From positions 129,236 to 193,235 of the forward strand of contig JBAYJP010000003.1 in the NCBI GenBank assembly GCA_041665025.1: 64,000 bases of DNA. Direction: 5' to 3'. Within the stretch, counting starts at the first letter, position 1. The number at the start of each line of letters is the position of its first letter. Source of the stretch: Candidatus Magasanikiibacteriota bacterium (lineage in GTDB: Bacteria > Patescibacteriota > Patescibacteriia > Magasanikbacterales > UBA922). The notes below the pieces were generated by a model. It had not been told where the DNA came from and made no database searches. It saw only the letters and a list, made by a program, of their open reading frames with translations. A program made the translations under genes and the position numbers. Below, piece after piece: positions 60,194-64,000 of the stretch.

Positions 60194-60262
60194 ACTATGC
60201 GATTTATAATTAATAACATACAATATAATATATCATACAAAAATGATAACCTCAAGTACAAC

Positions 60263-60286
60263 AAAACCCGCCACAGGCGGGTTTTG
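60263..60286 (-). terminator. rho-independent terminator downstream of the giant surface-protein gene (minus strand: aaaacccgcc tgtg gcgggttttgttgt)
   Basis: GC stem plus T-run when read on the minus strand. Confidence 0.6.
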
Positions 60287-60316
60287 TCTGACTTACTATG
60301 ACAAACTAGTTTTTCA

Positions 60317-63300
60317 CTAGAAGGTCAATGTCTTGCCATTCACATCATAACTATCAGATGCAGTATAGATGGTGGTGTTTTCACTACCATTTACTGGGGT
60401 GTAATAATAATTGATTACACCATTTGCCCAACCAGGTTCATTTGTACTATCTCCTTGAGAGAACCCAGTAGCACCATCGAGCTTAGCTGCTAAGTTGGCA
60501 GTCTGGCCAGCTGTCAATCCAGTTCTGATGTTGGATGTATTAGCTGTGACTTTGAAAGTCTTTGTTTCGCCAGCAGAAACGGTTAGGTTATCCATTCTGC
60601 TACTTGTGTCGTAATCAGTGTTGAATTTAGCAGTTAAAGCAGCGGTTGACGAACTTATGACATGCTCTGAAAAGAGAGGCAAGCCACTAGCTGCAATAAA
60701 GGTGCTAGAAGCGTATGTAGCCAATAATGTACTACCATCGTACAATTTGAAGTCATACACATAACCCAAACCAGCCAAACCAGCCGCAGAAATATAAACA
60801 CTTGTCGTGTTAATCCTCATGTCACGAGCACCAGGGTTGGTAACCGTAAATTTCATGAGTGTGGTTTCTGTGTCTGGAGTAGCAGAACCGCTTGGTGAGT
60901 CACTGGCAAGAGCAATGACAGGAGCGGTATTGTGGAACAACATTGGAGTACTTGTTCCAAAATTGGTTTCATTCGCGGTTGGATAGGTTGAACTACCTAC
61001 CTGGCTTCGAGCCAAGAGACCCGTAGCCGCATATGCTTCGAGATCAGTATTTGCGTCTGAATATACAACAGCACGAGCAAGAGTTGCAGGTGACATAACA
61101 CCAGAACCATTCACTGTAGCATAGAGATACAGTTTGTGTGTCGCACCACTTGGAATTGTATGGTTAAATCCAGTGAATACGACTGTTGCATTCGTACCAT
61201 CATCTACTACAGCACCAGTTGCAAGTACTGTTCCATCAGATGTCTTCAGGGTCAAGGCACCAAAGTTTGAAGATGAAGCCCTTGTAACATTTTCAACATT
61301 GCGTAGCGCATAGGTTACTTTACGAAGTTCAATATCGCTATTAAATGCTTCATATTTATGCACTGCAATTAATTGATTTTCGCCTGGAATCAAGATCTTG
61401 CTTTCTACTGTATCATCATTTGTAACCTTAAGTTTTGGAGATCCAAGAGTAATTGTCTGCAAAGCTGTTGCATTTATACTACCAGTTGCATCTGCCCCTG
61501 TAGTTCGACCAGTAGCTGTCAAACTGTGAACAGTCATAACAAAACTACCAGCTGGTACAACACTCTTTACATCACCTTTAATATCAAGGCTTACGACTTT
61601 ATTTGGATCAAGCAAAATACTAACTGAATATGTAGTACTCGCACTTGGAGTTACTGACTCACTACCTTGTAAAACGCCATCAAGATAAAGTCCTACATTT
61701 TCAACTGCTGTAGTTGTGCCGAAGCTCAATACAACAGAAGATATGTTTATACCTTCAGATGACCCTGTCTGTAGTTTGAATGAACCGAGTGTGGCATTTT
61801 GTCCACCAGAAGAGACAGTCATATCACCTACAGAGGTATTTTTTGCAAGTGTCAAGGAAGCTGCATTTACCGTAAGAACATTTCCAGGATATGCCGTTGT
61901 AGTATTTGGTTTATTCTGGAAATCAAGAGTTGAAAGTCTCTTTAGGTACATGTCACCAATTTTTACCATATATGAATCAGCTCCTGTTGCGCCGTCACCT
62001 ACATTTGCCACAACCTTTACGGTCTTGGTCTTACCAGATTGAATGGTCAAATATGTAGAAAGGTCGCGTTGTGTGGTACTTGCAAATGCTGAATCACCGT
62101 AGGAACTTGAAGCGAAGACTATTCCAGTATAAGCGGTAGACAAATATGTTGCTCCGGTCTCAGCATCGACAACTTTTACATTGCCGGTAAGATCTGGATC
62201 AAGAGGGTCACCAACTTCTACTTCAAGTACCATTTTACGAATTTCTACATCTTCTCCAATAGCCTTGATATCGAATATACCAAGAACTGTATCGGAACCT
62301 CCGGCGGAGATATTGTTTGAAGGAGAAGAAACAGATTTTTGTATTGACAAACTACCCTGTTTCATCTTGAACCAACCATTTGAAGATGTGTATCCACCAG
62401 ATGCAAAGGTACCAGGTGCAACATAATATCCACTATTAGCACCTTTTGCTTTTACATCATAATCACTCTGGATGAAAAGCGCAAAATATTTATTTGAACC
62501 ATCTAGAGCGTCAGCTTTGACCGTGAAAGTCTTTGAAAAACCTTTTTTCAAAGTGTAATTCATAGGAACAGTCACATAGCGATCAGAACCTGCTAATACA
62601 GTAGAACCAAGTTTCTCTCCAGTAGGTCCGTATACTGTATAATTTTGGATGTCATCATCAGATACCGTGCCTTGCACAAAGAAAGTTACACTTTCTACCA
62701 AGAGATCCTCGTTGCCACTTTCTGCAAGAGTAAATTTCATTACTTCTTTCTGAAGATCGCCAATTTCAAGTTGGCCTTCGTTTGCTGTATTTGCTGCAGT
62801 CGTATCATTTGCATAACCAGAAACTGCAGTAGTAGTTACGGTGTAACTTGCAAGCGTACCCGCAACAACTGTTGCTTGGTTGCTTGTTACTGGCAAACCA
62901 GCTACCGTTGCAGAAGGTGTGGTATCAACTTTTGTCACAGCCATCTGGAATGATGACGCATCTGCAGTAGAAGTCAGATTGACTTGAACAGATACAGTCA
63001 CACTACCATTTGCTGGAACAGTGATAGGATCAGAACCAAACCCAATTGAAGCCATTGCATTATCATCAAGAGATGAAACAACAGCACCATGGCGGTCGCC
63101 GCCTACCCATATACTAAGTCCATTAAATCCTGTTGAACCAACAAGACCTGTCTTTTTGAGCGTAAGACCAGTAACTTTGACTTCCTGACTACCAGCTGCC
63201 AACCTAACATGCAATACATCATTGAAAATACTTCCTTTTGCTGCCTGTAAACCTACTGGAGTATCACCAGCTAAGGACGCGGTCAAGGAACCAGCAACCT

Positions 63301-64000
63301 CGGAAACGGTATTCACCACTTCATCCAAAATCTCAGCTTCAGTAATTGTACCACTCTTTGTAGGAACGCTATCAAAAACAGATTGCGTTTCCGTGCGAAC
63401 AGAACCACTTGTGACTCCACTAAGTGTTCCATCGACTTTTTGTTTTTGACCATCATCAACATAATAAGTATCTCCACCAGCTACTTTTATAAGCATACCA
63501 TTGTGTGGTACTGCGCTAGTAATGGAGGCGCCATTGTCATTGAAAGCTGCGTCAAACAATCCATCTGGATAGTCTCTTAACATAGTACCCCAGTTTGCAC
63601 CATAGAGAGATGCGAGAACTGCTGGATCACTAAATTTCTTTACTTCACCACCTGGCAATATTGCATAGACTGATGGAGAAACCACTGTCTTTACGAGATA
63701 TGAACCTGCGCGGAAAGGTACTGAGCCACCGCTTGGGAAGGCATCAGTACAAGTAGGATCCATATCTTTACTTACTCCAGTAAAATCTGGAAACCAGGTC
63801 TTGTAGACCGAGTCATTAAAGAAATACTGGCGTTTCATTGCAGAAGTGACCAAGTATACAGCAGTATTGCCTTTTACTTGGAACAAATCTCCGGCTTCAA
63901 GCGCTGGACATGTAACTGCCTGAGCAACTGATGGGACAAGAGCCGCAAGGCCCATGCTCCATACAATTGTCAAAGTGACAACAGAAAATGTGAAGAGCTT
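60317..64000 (-). CDS. giant secreted Thr/Ser/Gly-rich surface protein (more than 1227 aa), 5' end beyond window
   Basis: The track M at 63973 is actually TTG. The frame stays open to position 64000 (..KLFTFSVVTLTIVWSMGLAALVPSVAQA), which looks like the hydrophobic core of a signal peptide whose Met lies outside the window. Confidence 0.7.
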   Translation of the reverse strand, partial: KLFTFSVVTLTIVWSMGLAALVPSVAQAVTCPALEAGDLFQVKGNTAVYLVTSAMKRQYFFNDSVYKTWFPDFTGVSKDMDPTCTDAFPSGGSVPFRAGSYLVKTVVSPSVYAILPGGEVKKFSDPAVLASLYGANWGTMLRDYPDGLFDAAFNDNGASITSAVPHNGMLIKVAGGDTYYVDDGQKQKVDGTLSGVTSGSVRTETQSVFDSVPTKSGTITEAEILDEVVNTVSEVAGSLTASLAGDTPVGLQAAKGSIFNDVLHVRLAAGSQEVKVTGLTLKKTGLVGSTGFNGLSIWVGGDRHGAVVSSLDDNAMASIGFGSDPITVPANGSVTVSVQVNLTSTADASSFQMAVTKVDTTPSATVAGLPVTSNQATVVAGTLASYTVTTTAVSGYANDTTAANTANEGQLEIGDLQKEVMKFTLAESGNEDLLVESVTFFVQGTVSDDDIQNYTVYGPTGEKLGSTVLAGSDRYVTVPMNYTLKKGFSKTFTVKADALDGSNKYFALFIQSDYDVKAKGANSGYYVAPGTFASGGYTSSNGWFKMKQGSLSIQKSVSSPSNNISAGGSDTVLGIFDIKAIGEDVEIRKMVLEVEVGDPLDPDLTGNVKVVDAETGATYLSTAYTGIVFASSSYGDSAFASTTQRDLSTYLTIQSGKTKTVKVVANVGDGATGADSYMVKIGDMYLKRLSTLDFQNKPNTTTAYPGNVLTVNAASLTLAKNTSVGDMTVSSGGQNATLGSFKLQTGSSEGINISSVVLSFGTTTAVENVGLYLDGVLQGSESVTPSASTTYSVSILLDPNKVVSLDIKGDVKSVVPAGSFVMTVHSLTATGRTTGADATGSINATALQTITLGSPKLKVTNDDTVESKILIPGENQLIAVHKYEAFNSDIELRKVTYALRNVENVTRASSSNFGALTLKTSDGTVLATGAVVDDGTNATVVFTGFNHTIPSGATHKLYLYATVNGSGVMSPATLARAVVYSDANTDLEAYAATGLLARSQVGSSTYPTANETNFGTSTPMLFHNTAPVIALASDSPSGSATPDTETTLMKFTVTNPGARDMRINTTSVYISAAGLAGLGYVYDFKLYDGSTLLATYASSTFIAASGLPLFSEHVISSSTAALTAKFNTDYDTSSRMDNLTVSAGETKTFKVTANTSNIRTGLTAGQTANLAAKLDGATGFSQGDSTNEPGWANGVINYYYTPVNGSENTTIYTASDSYDVNGKTLTF

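Noticed and set aside
1-64000. Genome-wide alternative genetic code 25 (UGA = Gly), suggested by the TGA at 16122
   Set aside because: All other long ORFs, including 1218-, 859-, 760- and 692-codon genes, are uninterrupted under the standard code. A code-25 genome would show frequent in-frame TGA.

Overview
The window is AT-rich (about one-third G+C by eye) and has the gene content of a small-genome, CPR-like bacterium. The 5' third carries housekeeping genes: aminotransferase, transketolase, TruB, RNase Y, HU, a class B PBP, PilT, CorA and tRNAs. From about 16.7 kb to 60.2 kb there is one very large cell-surface glycan / putative protein-glycosylation supercluster, with an initiating phosphoglycosyltransferase, around 11 glycosyltransferases, at least 9 SAM methyltransferases, and a PglK/MsbA-like ABC exporter plus a Wzy_C-TPR ligase. 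It also holds four nucleotide-sugar routes: UDP-GlcA/UDP-Xyl, GDP-6-deoxyhexose, a CDP-3,6-dideoxyhexose cassette with an E1 dehydrase, and a nonulosonic-acid mini-module. Two giant Thr/Ser-rich secreted proteins lie inside and next to it. Several signals are not explained by ordinary annotation. (a) Three short G+C-rich islands (1-600, about 5960-6560, about 43650-44420) sit in the AT-rich genome; each carries Shine-Dalgarno-led genes (two tiny hydrophobic ORFs; a pentapeptide-repeat protein) with their own promoters and terminators. (b) Two tandem modules each consist of a tRNA-Pro isoacceptor followed by a conserved 122-nt tRNA-like structured RNA whose T-loop is interrupted by two hairpins. 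(c) Three families of intergenic palindromic repeats occur; one shows compensatory substitutions between arms. (d) A single in-frame TGA sits at the conserved Gly-Gly of the phosphohistidine motif of a PEP-utilising-domain gene. (e) Two heptanucleotide repeat tracts inside a GT4 glycosyltransferase gene suggest phase variation. The ORF track uses TTG/GTG as M, so several starts were re-placed at downstream ATGs; the last gene runs off the window end.
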